Below are positions 29,866-39,469 of a DNA stretch of 63,425 nucleotides, in pieces. The translations under genes were made by a program, and so were the position numbers. The notes under the pieces were generated by a model, which saw only the letters and a program-made list of their open reading frames with translations, made no database searches and was not told where the DNA came from. Source of the stretch: Oligoflexales bacterium (GTDB taxonomy: Bacteria > Bdellovibrionota_B > Oligoflexia > Oligoflexales > Bog-1112). Each line of letters starts with the position of its first letter. The first letter of the stretch is position 1. Location of the stretch: NCBI GenBank assembly GCA_045106415.1, contig JBGCEP010000029.1:1-63425 (forward strand). Direction: 5' to 3'.

Positions 29866-31209
29866 ATGAAGCCTACTATCCATATTGTTGGTGGCGGCCT
29901 AGCCGGCTCTGAAGCCGCATGGCAATGCCTCCAAAACAACTGCAAAGTCGTCATGTATGAAATGCGACCGTTGCAACAAACTCCAGCACATAAAACAGGC
30001 GGTTTAGCAGAATTAGTGTGCTCAAATTCTCTCAAATCTAAAAATCCTGCTTCTGCTCCTGGCCTTTTAAAACAAGAACTTCGAAGCCTAGATTCTTTAA
30101 TTTTAACCTCAGCAGATCAAGCAGAAGTCCCAGCAGGGCAAGCTCTAGCAGTTGATCGAGAGGTCCTTTCTCACCATGTTGAGCAAGCACTAACAGCACA
30201 CTCTGATTTTACAAGAGTCTCAAAAGAAATTCATAGCCTTCCCAGTATCGAAGAAATGGAAAATAAAAACGAAGCGTGGATCGTAGCCACAGGGCCGCTG
30301 ACAGCAGAACCTCTCGCTGACTTCTTACGCAACCTATGTGGACAAGAGTCACTCGCTTTTTACGATGCTATTGCTCCCATTCTTTCAACCGAGTCCATTA
30401 ACATGGATATTGCATTCCGTTCCGATCGATATGGAACTGCAGGGGAAGGAGATTATATCAATCTTCCTCTTAATAAAGAAGAGTATGAGAGCTTTATCCA
30501 GGATGTTAAAGACGCTGAAAAAATGCCGCTTCATAAGTTTGAAAGCACAGGCTACTTTGAGTGCTGCCTCCCTATTGAGGTCATGGTGGAACGAGGGGAT
30601 GAGACCCTAAGATTTGGCCCGATGAAGCCTGTCGGCCTCACAGATCCTCGCACAGGACACCGTCCGTGGGCTTGCCTTCAGCTTCGACAAGAAAACAAAC
30701 ATGGGACCATGCACAGCATGGTTGGCTTTCAAACCAAAATGAAATGGCCAGAACAACGCAAAGTCTTTTCAAAACTTCCAGGTCTCGAACAAGCTGAGTT
30801 TTTAAGGTTTGGCTCTGTCCACAGAAATACTTATGTCGAGGGTCCTGAAGTGATGAACGCAGACCTTTCTCTAAAAAACCACCCTCGCATTTTTCTCGCA
30901 GGACAAATCACCGGCGTTGAAGGCTACACCGAATCCACCTGCATTGGCCTTTTAGCTGGACGTCTCGCAGCAGCAAAACTTCACAAAACAACGTTCTCAA
31001 TTCCACCAGAAGATAGCGTAACAGGTTCTTTACTACGCTATGTCACTGTACCTCAACCAGGTAAATTTGCCCCCATGAATGCAAATTTCGGACTTTTACC
31101 CCCAATCGATAAAAGAAAAAAAGAAGGGAAAAGCGACCGGAAGGCGCGCCATGCCGATCGTATTCACAAGAGCTTTGAAGCTTGGTACAAAAATTCTATG
31201 GAATCTTAA
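29866..31209 (+). CDS. trmFO: Folate/FAD-dependent tRNA m5U54 methyltransferase TrmFO
   Basis: GGGLAGSEAAWQ, ELVCSNS, ALAVDR, FYDAIAP, FGPMKPVGL, HRNTY, AGQITGVEGY, PMNANFG. Confidence 0.97.
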   Translation: MKPTIHIVGGGLAGSEAAWQCLQNNCKVVMYEMRPLQQTPAHKTGGLAELVCSNSLKSKNPASAPGLLKQELRSLDSLILTSADQAEVPAGQALAVDREVLSHHVEQALTAHSDFTRVSKEIHSLPSIEEMENKNEAWIVATGPLTAEPLADFLRNLCGQESLAFYDAIAPILSTESINMDIAFRSDRYGTAGEGDYINLPLNKEEYESFIQDVKDAEKMPLHKFESTGYFECCLPIEVMVERGDETLRFGPMKPVGLTDPRTGHRPWACLQLRQENKHGTMHSMVGFQTKMKWPEQRKVFSKLPGLEQAEFLRFGSVHRNTYVEGPEVMNADLSLKNHPRIFLAGQITGVEGYTESTCIGLLAGRLAAAKLHKTTFSIPPEDSVTGSLLRYVTVPQPGKFAPMNANFGLLPPIDKRKKEGKSDRKARHADRIHKSFEAWYKNSMES

Positions 31210-31218
31210 GACAACAAT

Positions 31219-31267
31219 CCTTCGAACTTCAAATCTATGATATAGATGTGAAGTTCGGAGGTTTCTT
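31219..31267 (+). promoter_or_regulatory. Long inverted repeat overlapping the psd ribosome-binding site
   Basis: CCTTCGAACTTCA-A-ATCTAT-gat-ATAGAT-G-TGAAGTTCGGAGG followed by TTTCTT and psd ATG. Confidence 0.6.
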
Positions 31268-32113
31268 ATGAAAAAACAATTATTAACAATCATTCCAAAA
31301 AATTTCGCAAGCTGGCTTACAGGCTCTATCTCTCGCGTGCGTGCGCCACAGTATCTTCTTAAGACGTTTATCAATACATTTGGTATTAATATGTCTGAAG
31401 CAGAATTTGAGGTATCCCACTACCAGTCTATTGAAGATGTCTTTACGCGACGACTCAAAAAAAATCAACGACCGCTGCAGGGGGACATCTGCATGCCGTG
31501 TGATGGAACAATGCAGTGGAATGGCTCTGTCTGTCCTGAGTCTGAACTCACAGCAAAAGACCTCACTTATTCAATCCAAGAGCTTATCTACGGGACAAAC
31601 CCTCAAAACACAAACCCCATAGATCCGGCATTTGCTCAAGTCATTTACCTAGCTCCTCACAATTATCATCGTGTTCATACACCAACACATGGGACTCTGA
31701 AAAAAATTCGTCACATCCCAGGGCCTTTATGGCCGGTAAGCCCAGATTTTGTTGAAAAACGGCCGGCTCTTTTAGCTGAAAATGAACGTATGGTTTTTGA
31801 AATTGAGGTAGATGAGTATGGTTCTAAGGCTTGGATTGTCATGGTTGGAGCCTATAATGTGGGTCGGATTCGTCCTGCAATTGACCCTCATTTTCTCAGT
31901 AACAAGTCACCACGCAAACAAAGTGTTATTGTAGAACAAGAGTACAATCACACTCTGAAAAAAGGTGATGAACTCGGAACCTTCATGTTGGGCTCCACAA
32001 CTGTCACTATTTTTAATAAAATATTTTGTGAGACATATTCCGTACGCACCTACCCTAGCGAACAAAGTGTCCAATTAGGAGAGGCTTTAGCGGATAAAAC
32101 CACTAAGGATTGA
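31268..32113 (+). CDS. psd: Phosphatidylserine decarboxylase proenzyme
   Basis: FTRRLK, PCDG, YLAPHNYHRVH, ENER, VGAYNVG, FMLGST self-cleavage motif. Confidence 0.93.
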   Translation: MKKQLLTIIPKNFASWLTGSISRVRAPQYLLKTFINTFGINMSEAEFEVSHYQSIEDVFTRRLKKNQRPLQGDICMPCDGTMQWNGSVCPESELTAKDLTYSIQELIYGTNPQNTNPIDPAFAQVIYLAPHNYHRVHTPTHGTLKKIRHIPGPLWPVSPDFVEKRPALLAENERMVFEIEVDEYGSKAWIVMVGAYNVGRIRPAIDPHFLSNKSPRKQSVIVEQEYNHTLKKGDELGTFMLGSTTVTIFNKIFCETYSVRTYPSEQSVQLGEALADKTTKD

Positions 32114-32115
32114 TA

Positions 32116-33525
32116 ATGATTCAAAAGCTGAAACGCCGAACCAAAATCGTTCTTTCTATTGATAAGCCTTCTGAATGGGGTGAGCTCACTGAAAAAATCT
32201 TAGACTTGGCTCCATCTGCTGTCAGAATTCCTTACAGTTTTGAGGAAACAGCACAAATTCTTCAGTTTTTGGAACGTATCCAAAAAACCAACCATGGTTT
32301 ATCCGTATTGCTGGATATTTCTAGCTACCACCAAGCCGTCTTGCTTCTCAAGGAAGCACGTGACGTGAAGCACGGTGAAAAATTAACTATCACGACTTCC
32401 CAAACGACAAAAGCTGGAGACCTTTTAGTTTCTGCAGGACCCGACCATGTCTGGGAAGAAAAAGCTGATATTTTTCTTGGTTTTGGCAACGTCATTTTAA
32501 CAATTGACAAGGTTGAAAAAGATCAAATTTTCACAACAGTCCTTCAGAGTGGCACCCTCAGACCTAATATGGATTGTCGCATCCCAAAAACTTATTCGTC
32601 ACCCTCGTCGAGTGATCTTAAAGACATCAATCTGGCACAATTCATCAAAAAAGGCGTTGACCACATCATTATTCCTGGAGATTTTGATGTTCAAGACATC
32701 CAAGATTTTAGAAATCATATTTACGAGCAATCTCAGCAAAAACCCTGGCTCATTGGAAAAATAGCGACTCACGATCACGTAGAACAACTTTCAACAACTC
32801 TCAAAACGCTTGACGGAGTGCTCATCTCTCGACGAGAACTTGCACTCAGCGTTGATCCCGCAGTTGTTCCCATGATAACAAAAGAGTTAGTACAAAGTTG
32901 TAGTGAAAAAACAAAATTTGTACTTGTTGCAAGCGACACACTGGCTTCGATGCAAACCGCTCCAACTCCAACTCGCGCTGAAGTATCTGACGTCGCAAAC
33001 TCTGTTCTTGATGGAGTCGATGCGATTGTTCTTTCTGAAGATTTAAGTCGCGGACCTTATTTCGAACGAGCTCTTCAAGTCTGCTGCAATATTGTCGAGG
33101 ACATCGAAAAAAATGAGGATGTTCAAGCCAATTGGGCCAAAAGACACCCAACCCTTCAATCCGAATACGACTCTATTTCATGGCATGCTTTTAAGACAGC
33201 AGAACGCATTCAAGCAGATGCTATCGTTTGCCTAACAGAGAAGGGAAACACAGCACTCAGTCTTTCAAGTTTTCGCCCTTCACTACCGGTTCTAGCCGTG
33301 TCTTACCATGAAAGAATCGCGCAGCGCATGAACCTTCTACACGGAGTGCACGGCATTACACTTGACCGACACCCCACACTTGACGACATCCTCCCACTCT
33401 TAAACGACCGCCTCACAAAATCAAGTTGGTTGAAGTCTGGAGACACTATTGTGCTTGTCACAGTAAGCCTTTCTCCAATAGGAGATGAAGCTAGCAATCT
33501 TTTCACTATCCAGAGGCTCTCGTGA
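32116..33525 (+). CDS. Pyruvate kinase-like protein (divergent active site)
   Basis: RRTKIV, PTPTRAEVSDVANSVLDGVDAIVLS, C-terminal PK_C domain; catalytic motifs altered. Confidence 0.8.
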   Translation: MIQKLKRRTKIVLSIDKPSEWGELTEKILDLAPSAVRIPYSFEETAQILQFLERIQKTNHGLSVLLDISSYHQAVLLLKEARDVKHGEKLTITTSQTTKAGDLLVSAGPDHVWEEKADIFLGFGNVILTIDKVEKDQIFTTVLQSGTLRPNMDCRIPKTYSSPSSSDLKDINLAQFIKKGVDHIIIPGDFDVQDIQDFRNHIYEQSQQKPWLIGKIATHDHVEQLSTTLKTLDGVLISRRELALSVDPAVVPMITKELVQSCSEKTKFVLVASDTLASMQTAPTPTRAEVSDVANSVLDGVDAIVLSEDLSRGPYFERALQVCCNIVEDIEKNEDVQANWAKRHPTLQSEYDSISWHAFKTAERIQADAIVCLTEKGNTALSLSSFRPSLPVLAVSYHERIAQRMNLLHGVHGITLDRHPTLDDILPLLNDRLTKSSWLKSGDTIVLVTVSLSPIGDEASNLFTIQRLS

Positions 33526-34334
33526 TTTTTGTCATTTTTCTGATCTTTTCTTATACATCACAGCTTCTAGCTGACGAGCACACAACTCTCTATGAAGAGA
33601 AACACTCAACACTTCAAGGAAGCGTTGAGCTCCGACATCACACTCATCAGTATAGGCACACTCAAGAGCGCCCTCATGAAAAAGTTCAAGCTCAAATCAG
33701 AAGTACCATGAGATTTCAAAAAGGACGAATCCGACTTTATGGAACATGGGGTCTCACAAAAAATCCAGCAGATGCGAAAATGGCTTCCCGTCCTTACGAG
33801 CTAGAGCTCAATATTCTTGCAGCACCTTTTCGTTATTTGCAAACCACTGGTTACGGAATTTTCAAACAACGAGACCATGACCATCTCGACTGGGGTGGTG
33901 TCTACCAGATTGGATGGAATACTTCACTTAAAATTCCTCTTTTTCGCCTCGGTGGCTCATGGCACTCTTTAACTTCATTCGATGCAAGCGCCCTTATGTG
34001 GCTCCGACCCACGAATGATGCTAAAATTCCAGGCACACTGCGCAACAGTCTTGGTTTCAGCTGGCAACCACAGCTGAGCTTTCCCACAAAAATGACATGG
34101 CTCGCAGGCCAAAGCACTCGGCTCGCTGAACAGCCTTCTTTTTCAAACAAAATAGAGACGAGCCTCTCAGCCCCTAAAGTGTCAACACACTATCGTATCC
34201 GCAGTGAAATCACTCTGGCAAAAGATATCCATCTCCTCTATGACTTCTTTCACTACTTCGACGGGTATTTTGAAAAAGCAATTGTTGAAGGACGTCAATA
34301 CAAACATATTTTAAGAACTGTCATCACATTTTAA
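33522..34334 (+). CDS. Hypothetical secreted protein, possibly outer-membrane beta-barrel
   Basis: Signal peptide, alternating beta-strand patterns, C-terminal LRTVITF; GTGA coupling to pyk-like gene. Confidence 0.5.
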   Translation: MIFVIFLIFSYTSQLLADEHTTLYEEKHSTLQGSVELRHHTHQYRHTQERPHEKVQAQIRSTMRFQKGRIRLYGTWGLTKNPADAKMASRPYELELNILAAPFRYLQTTGYGIFKQRDHDHLDWGGVYQIGWNTSLKIPLFRLGGSWHSLTSFDASALMWLRPTNDAKIPGTLRNSLGFSWQPQLSFPTKMTWLAGQSTRLAEQPSFSNKIETSLSAPKVSTHYRIRSEITLAKDIHLLYDFFHYFDGYFEKAIVEGRQYKHILRTVITF

Positions 34335-34447
34335 GACACATATCTATAACCCTTTAATAATTTAAGAACTATGCTCTTTATGATACCCTGTAAGTGAAGG
34401 GTTGATCATAAACATCCGATGCTCTGTGTAATAGATATGGAATAGAA

Positions 34448-36307
34448 ATGAACAAACGCTTGATATACATCTTTGTCATAGCACTTTATAGTTTCGATGC
34501 TCACAGTATCGATTTGACCACCCTTCTGCGCTCAGAACCCAAAAGTGTACACGAGCTTTTGACTGAGATTGAGCAACCGCAAACAACACCTCAAATGCAA
34601 GACTCCAAGGCAAACGTAGCAAAAATCGCAACACAGACAGCACCAAAGATTTTCATTTCAACACCAACCCCTCAAGTCCCTAGCTCTTTGCCGCAAGTTT
34701 TGGAGCACTTACAAAACGACACAGCACCAGACCCACTGGTGCGTGCACATATTCAAGCAAATACTCACACTCCTCAGACAGTGGAGGCTCGACTACCATC
34801 AAATCCTATTTTTCTCGGTGTTGGAGAGCGTTTCCCACTTCCACAGGGCCAGCGAGATATCTTCATCCGTGACGAGAGCCTACTCACATACCGACGAGGA
34901 GAACTCATCGCATTATCTGGCGGCCAGACCGAAATTTACTTCGTAGAAAATGGTCAAATGCAGATTATCCCCGTTGGTATCGAAGAAGAGGTTGAAACTC
35001 AACCCCAAACACTTCTCACAGCTGGCCACTACGACTTAACTTTAGCTGCCGGCCAAGCAGTGACAACAACAAGCAAAGGACGAGATTCTTATAAAGTTGT
35101 ACACGCTCAACATCGTAACGTTCCTCTGCAAATTCTCGACGCCTATGGAACTCGCAAACCAATAGCTGGCATTCAAATTCAAATCTCAGGTTCAGATAAA
35201 GTCTACACAACAAACACCCAAGGTTTTGCGGAAGATCTTGTTCTTCCACAACACTCTCGGCTTTGGGCCACCGCCAGAGATCCTCATGAACGATACGCTG
35301 ATGCTGCTCTAGAAATTGAGACATCCAACGGACAGCAAAGCATTCGTATGATCCCAACCCGTATGATCGATAGTATGACACGGTCGTTGAATATTGATCC
35401 TATTCAAACTGGCCAAAGCCTTCTGTGTCTTCACCTTGAAAATGCCCCCGAGCAGTCTGAGCTTTTCATTGAACCCGCCTCAACTTCTAGTTTTAGCTTT
35501 GATGAAGCAGGATTTCCTGTAGAAACTCATCAACTCCTCGCTTCACAAAACATCTGCTTTTGGGGAGTGAATGCTCAAGGACCTTCTCTTATCTCACTAA
35601 CAACCCCTGAAGGTCATAATGCAAGTTTCCCTATTATGGTTCACCCAGATCACAGCACAACAATATTCTGGGACTTTAATGAACAACTCACGTCAACAGC
35701 CACTGTCAGAGAGTACTCTCCTTGGAACCCACATTCAAAACCAAGCCTTGCTCTTGATTTTACTTCGATCGAGCCTATAGGTGATTATCGAGAATTAAAC
35801 TTTGAGGCAACAAGTTGTGCTACACCATCTGAGGGAGTCACTCTTAACCAAGGCAGAGCATGGTTTTGGCCAAAAGAAGACCTGTATGAACCACTCCTGT
35901 ATCAATACGACAAACTTCAACTTGCACCCTGGCACATGAATCTCATTCATCGAGGTTTCCTAGAACAAATGACAGATCACATTCTATGGGATCAAAACTT
36001 AGGCGGAGTTCTCGTTGAGCACCACCCCATGGGTGGACAAAAATCAGACACACCAGACGTGCGCCTTGTCGATATTCACGGTAAAGAGCATGGCGAACTT
36101 GTGACCACTCATACTGCCGATCGTTCTTTCTTCGGGTTCTTTAACCTGCCTGCAGGTAGCTACAATTTAATTCTCTCCGACGGGGAAGATTGGCTACAAG
36201 GACACAGTGTCCTCGTCTATGAAGGTACAACATCATTCTTGCAGGCTGGGAGTTTAACTTACCCTTCCGCTGCAATAGATTGCACACAATCAATCCCAAT
36301 GGACTGA
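34448..36307 (+). CDS. Hypothetical secreted multi-beta-domain protein
   Basis: Signal peptide, P/Q/T-rich linker, Ig-like and carboxypeptidase-regulatory-like segments (PIAGIQIQI..TTNTQG; FFNLPAGSY). Confidence 0.6.
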   Translation: MNKRLIYIFVIALYSFDAHSIDLTTLLRSEPKSVHELLTEIEQPQTTPQMQDSKANVAKIATQTAPKIFISTPTPQVPSSLPQVLEHLQNDTAPDPLVRAHIQANTHTPQTVEARLPSNPIFLGVGERFPLPQGQRDIFIRDESLLTYRRGELIALSGGQTEIYFVENGQMQIIPVGIEEEVETQPQTLLTAGHYDLTLAAGQAVTTTSKGRDSYKVVHAQHRNVPLQILDAYGTRKPIAGIQIQISGSDKVYTTNTQGFAEDLVLPQHSRLWATARDPHERYADAALEIETSNGQQSIRMIPTRMIDSMTRSLNIDPIQTGQSLLCLHLENAPEQSELFIEPASTSSFSFDEAGFPVETHQLLASQNICFWGVNAQGPSLISLTTPEGHNASFPIMVHPDHSTTIFWDFNEQLTSTATVREYSPWNPHSKPSLALDFTSIEPIGDYRELNFEATSCATPSEGVTLNQGRAWFWPKEDLYEPLLYQYDKLQLAPWHMNLIHRGFLEQMTDHILWDQNLGGVLVEHHPMGGQKSDTPDVRLVDIHGKEHGELVTTHTADRSFFGFFNLPAGSYNLILSDGEDWLQGHSVLVYEGTTSFLQAGSLTYPSAAIDCTQSIPMD

Positions 36308-36706
36308 CTTTCTTCTTGATTTCCTCTCTGAATTTTTCTTTTTATTTCCTAGTCTTTTTTCTTTCGACGAGCGTGTCGGCTTTGTTGCTCGACGCTCCTT
36401 CGGTGTACGAAAAGCTTCTAATATCATCATTTTTAATTTTTTAATCGCTTCTTCTCGATTCCGGTGTTGTGTCCTAAATTTTTCTGAATCAATAATCACT
36501 TCACCTTCTTTATTCATGCGACTTTTCCACAATAGAATAAAGCGTTCTTTTGATTTTTCATCTAAAATTTGTGTGCTTTCAATACTCCAGCGTAGAGTTG
36601 CTTTAGTATTTACTTTATTAACATTCTGCCCTCCGGCACCAGAACTTCTTGAATATTGAATGACACACTCTGACATCAAAAAATTAAAATGAGGGATTGT
36701 TTGCAT
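36290..36706 (-). CDS. arfB: Alternative ribosome rescue factor ArfB (YaeJ)
   Basis: RSSGAGGQNVNKVNTK, RTQHRNREEA, basic tail RRATKPT..KEKRL..KK. Confidence 0.95.
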   Translation of the reverse strand: MQTIPHFNFLMSECVIQYSRSSGAGGQNVNKVNTKATLRWSIESTQILDEKSKERFILLWKSRMNKEGEVIIDSEKFRTQHRNREEAIKKLKMMILEAFRTPKERRATKPTRSSKEKRLGNKKKNSERKSRRKSVHWD

Positions 36707-36861
36707 AGCCTTACTTTCTTTTCATTTTCAAAAAAGAGAATTTATCGGCTGTTCATGCACAGCTCACAACTTTTAATTTAAAAAACCTTATAAATCAAGA
36801 TTTTACACAATAAAAAGCCAACAACCAAAAGCTAGATTTTTATTATTTTTTAAAGCGTAAA

Positions 36862-37578
36862 TCATGAAAAAGAAACATCTTCTAGGTTGTAAAGTTTCAC
36901 TTCATGTTGTTTAAAAATCCAATCCGCTAATTTTAAAGCACCTTGCGCAAATAGAGCTCGTGAATAAGCTTTATGAGAAATCACAATTTCATCGTGCTCT
37001 CCTAAAAAACGAACTTCATGCTCACCAAACACACCTCCACCACGTAATGTTGAAACACCTATTTCACGAGGTTTACGCGGACTTTCACGATGACAAACCA
37101 CCTGATGATTTTCTAGCGTAGCAGAAGCAATCGATTGAGCAAGATGCAACGCTGTACCACTTGGCGCATCTTTTTTACGTTTATGATGCGTTTCTAAAAT
37201 TTCAATATCATAATCATCACTTAATATCTTCGCTGCTTTTTTTGCTAATAAATTAGTGATAAAAACACCTAAACTTGTATTCGGTGCGAATAACACTTTT
37301 TGATGACTTTGCGACCATCTTGATAATTGATGGCTCTCAAGCCCAGTAGTGCAAATCACAATATCTGGCAAAAAATCTCGGTATTCCCATAGAGCATCAT
37401 TGCCTTGTTTAGATGAAAAATCGATCACAACATCGGCGTTTAAAATCATATTTTTTACATTAGGCAATGAGTCCGCACTCGAAGAACCACCAAGAAAATG
37501 ATATTTTTTACTTTTTTGGATAGCTTTTTCGAGCTCTTGGCCCATATACCCAGTGACACCGTGAATCCATATTTTCAT
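36862..37578 (-). CDS. dapB: 4-hydroxy-tetrahydrodipicolinate reductase
   Basis: GVTGYMG, VIDFS, CTTG, APNTSLG, ETHHKRKKDAPSGTA, GEHEV. Confidence 0.95.
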   Translation of the reverse strand: MKIWIHGVTGYMGQELEKAIQKSKKYHFLGGSSSADSLPNVKNMILNADVVIDFSSKQGNDALWEYRDFLPDIVICTTGLESHQLSRWSQSHQKVLFAPNTSLGVFITNLLAKKAAKILSDDYDIEILETHHKRKKDAPSGTALHLAQSIASATLENHQVVCHRESPRKPREIGVSTLRGGGVFGEHEVRFLGEHDEIVISHKAYSRALFAQGALKLADWIFKQHEVKLYNLEDVSFS

Positions 37579-38456
37579 GACATAATCTCTGCGAGTTTCT
37601 TGCAAGTTGCATCAACAGTTTTTTGTATTCTCTCTTTATTATGATCTTCAACAACAGCTAATGGCAAACGCACAACATTTGCACATAATTCTAAATGCTC
37701 AAGAGCAACTTTAAGGGGACATGGGTTTGATTCGCAGAAAAGCACTTGAATCATAGGCAAAAGTGCTTCATGAATTTTCAAAGCATTGTCACACCTTCCC
37801 TCTTGAAATAATCGAGTCATTTCGACCATAGCGCGAGGAAAAATATTACTCACAACACTAATACAACCAGCCCCTCCAACAGAAAGACTTGCTAAATATG
37901 TGGGATCATCTCCCGATAGAACATCAACCTTCGTTTGCAGCCTTGTTTGGGAAAAAAGCTCTAAAGATCCAGAAGCCTCTTTAATCAACTGAACCCCAGG
38001 TATCTCAGTTAAAGTTTGCATATCGTGCGCACTCAAAAGCTGCCCTGTTCTACCTGGAACATGATAAAGACAAACCGGAACACCTATTTTTGCAATAGCT
38101 TCATAGTGAGCTTTTAAGCCATTTAATGACGGCTTATTATAAGGAGGAGTCACCACAAGAAGCGCATCCATACCACTATCGGCTGCTAAACGAGAAAACT
38201 CCACAGCTTGTTTTGTATCGTTCGAGCCTGCTCCAGACATCAATTTGATATGAGGAAGACGAGCTCGTGCACGACGGATGAGAGCCAGTTTTTCTGAAAC
38301 AGCTAACGTTGGCGCTTCACCAGTCGTTCCAATAAGCACAATCCCATGAACACTCGCTTGTGATTGAAAATCTAAAAGACGATCAAATGCCTCCCAGTCA
38401 ATATCTCCACTCGCTTGGAAAGGGGTCGCTAAAGCTGTCCAAACACCATTCATCAT
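37575..38456 (-). CDS. dapA: 4-hydroxy-tetrahydrodipicolinate synthase
   Basis: TALATPF, GTTGEAPTL, VTPPYNKP, YHVPGRTG, IKEASG, SGDD, ESNPCPLK; GAGGAGG RBS; coupled to dapB. Confidence 0.95.
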   Translation of the reverse strand: MMNGVWTALATPFQASGDIDWEAFDRLLDFQSQASVHGIVLIGTTGEAPTLAVSEKLALIRRARARLPHIKLMSGAGSNDTKQAVEFSRLAADSGMDALLVVTPPYNKPSLNGLKAHYEAIAKIGVPVCLYHVPGRTGQLLSAHDMQTLTEIPGVQLIKEASGSLELFSQTRLQTKVDVLSGDDPTYLASLSVGGAGCISVVSNIFPRAMVEMTRLFQEGRCDNALKIHEALLPMIQVLFCESNPCPLKVALEHLELCANVVRLPLAVVEDHNKERIQKTVDATCKKLAEIMS

Positions 38457-38557
38457 CAAAGCCTCCTCATTCATACGGCACGATAATCTAGCTCAATTCA
38501 TATAAATTTGTCGATGATGTTACCGCAAATACAAAAAAGATTATTTCAGTCAAAAAA

Positions 38558-39400
38558 TTAACTCTTATCTTGAAGGTAAGACCTATGAAAATCAATATGC
38601 CCATCTAAAAAGCTCGATACTGTGTAGTAGCTATGATCGTAGCCTTCTTGAAAACGCACTTTCATCACAGGGTATTTTGATGACTGTCCAACGCGTTCTA
38701 TTTGCTTTGTTTGCAACTGTTCTGGGTAGAACTCATCAGACAATCCTTGTTCGATAAATAACGGCGTCTGATGTTCTGTGACAGGGTTCTGCATGAGAAA
38801 CAAAGGGTCCCACTGCTCCGATTCAACTTCTGGATTTTGGAGATAGGTTTGAAACGCCTTTTGACCCCAAGCACACGAATTCGGCGAACAAATCGGAGAT
38901 AGCGCACTTGCGCTGCGATAAAAGTCAGTTTTTAGCCCAGCAAGAAGCGCTCCATAACCTCCCATCGAATGCCCTGAAATCACGCAGGCAGATGTATCTA
39001 AACCCCAAGACTCAAGAGCCATCGGCCTCAATTCATGGTGCAGATAAGAAAACATGCGAAAGTGCTTTGCCCAAGGCTGCTTTGTTGCATCTAAGTAAAA
39101 GCTCGCCCCTTCTCCGATGTCCCACCCCAAACCATCACTTTCCACACACCCTCTCGGGCTTGTGTCTGGGCACAAAATAGTCCAACCCAGTTCTGCTGCT
39201 TTTTTAAGAGCTAAAGCGCCTGACTTTATAAAAAAACGCTCATGATCACACGTCAAACCTGAAAGCCATACCCATAAAACACCTGTGGGTCGACTCGGCT
39301 GAAAAGCAGAAAAAGTCATTTGAGAACGAGTCATCTCTGAAGCATGGCTCCACACCTGAACTTGCCCATCAAATGCCTTATTTTGTTTAATAATTTTCAT
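38558..39400 (-). CDS. frmB: S-formylglutathione hydrolase
   Basis: WLSGLTC, PDTSPRG, GASFYLDAT, GHSMGG, GYDHSYY. Confidence 0.93.
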   Translation of the reverse strand: MKIIKQNKAFDGQVQVWSHASEMTRSQMTFSAFQPSRPTGVLWVWLSGLTCDHERFFIKSGALALKKAAELGWTILCPDTSPRGCVESDGLGWDIGEGASFYLDATKQPWAKHFRMFSYLHHELRPMALESWGLDTSACVISGHSMGGYGALLAGLKTDFYRSASALSPICSPNSCAWGQKAFQTYLQNPEVESEQWDPLFLMQNPVTEHQTPLFIEQGLSDEFYPEQLQTKQIERVGQSSKYPVMKVRFQEGYDHSYYTVSSFLDGHIDFHRSYLQDKS

Positions 39401-39469
39401 CACAACTCCGCTTTTCAGCACATTTTTATATGACATGGTTTTCAAATTTTTCCATCACACAAGACACCA

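Noticed and set aside
13294..31257. Shared 11-mer TGTGAAGTTCG upstream of fadI (13294) and psd (31247)
   Set aside because: A single 11-nt match is expected by chance in this much sequence; not palindromic at the fadI site
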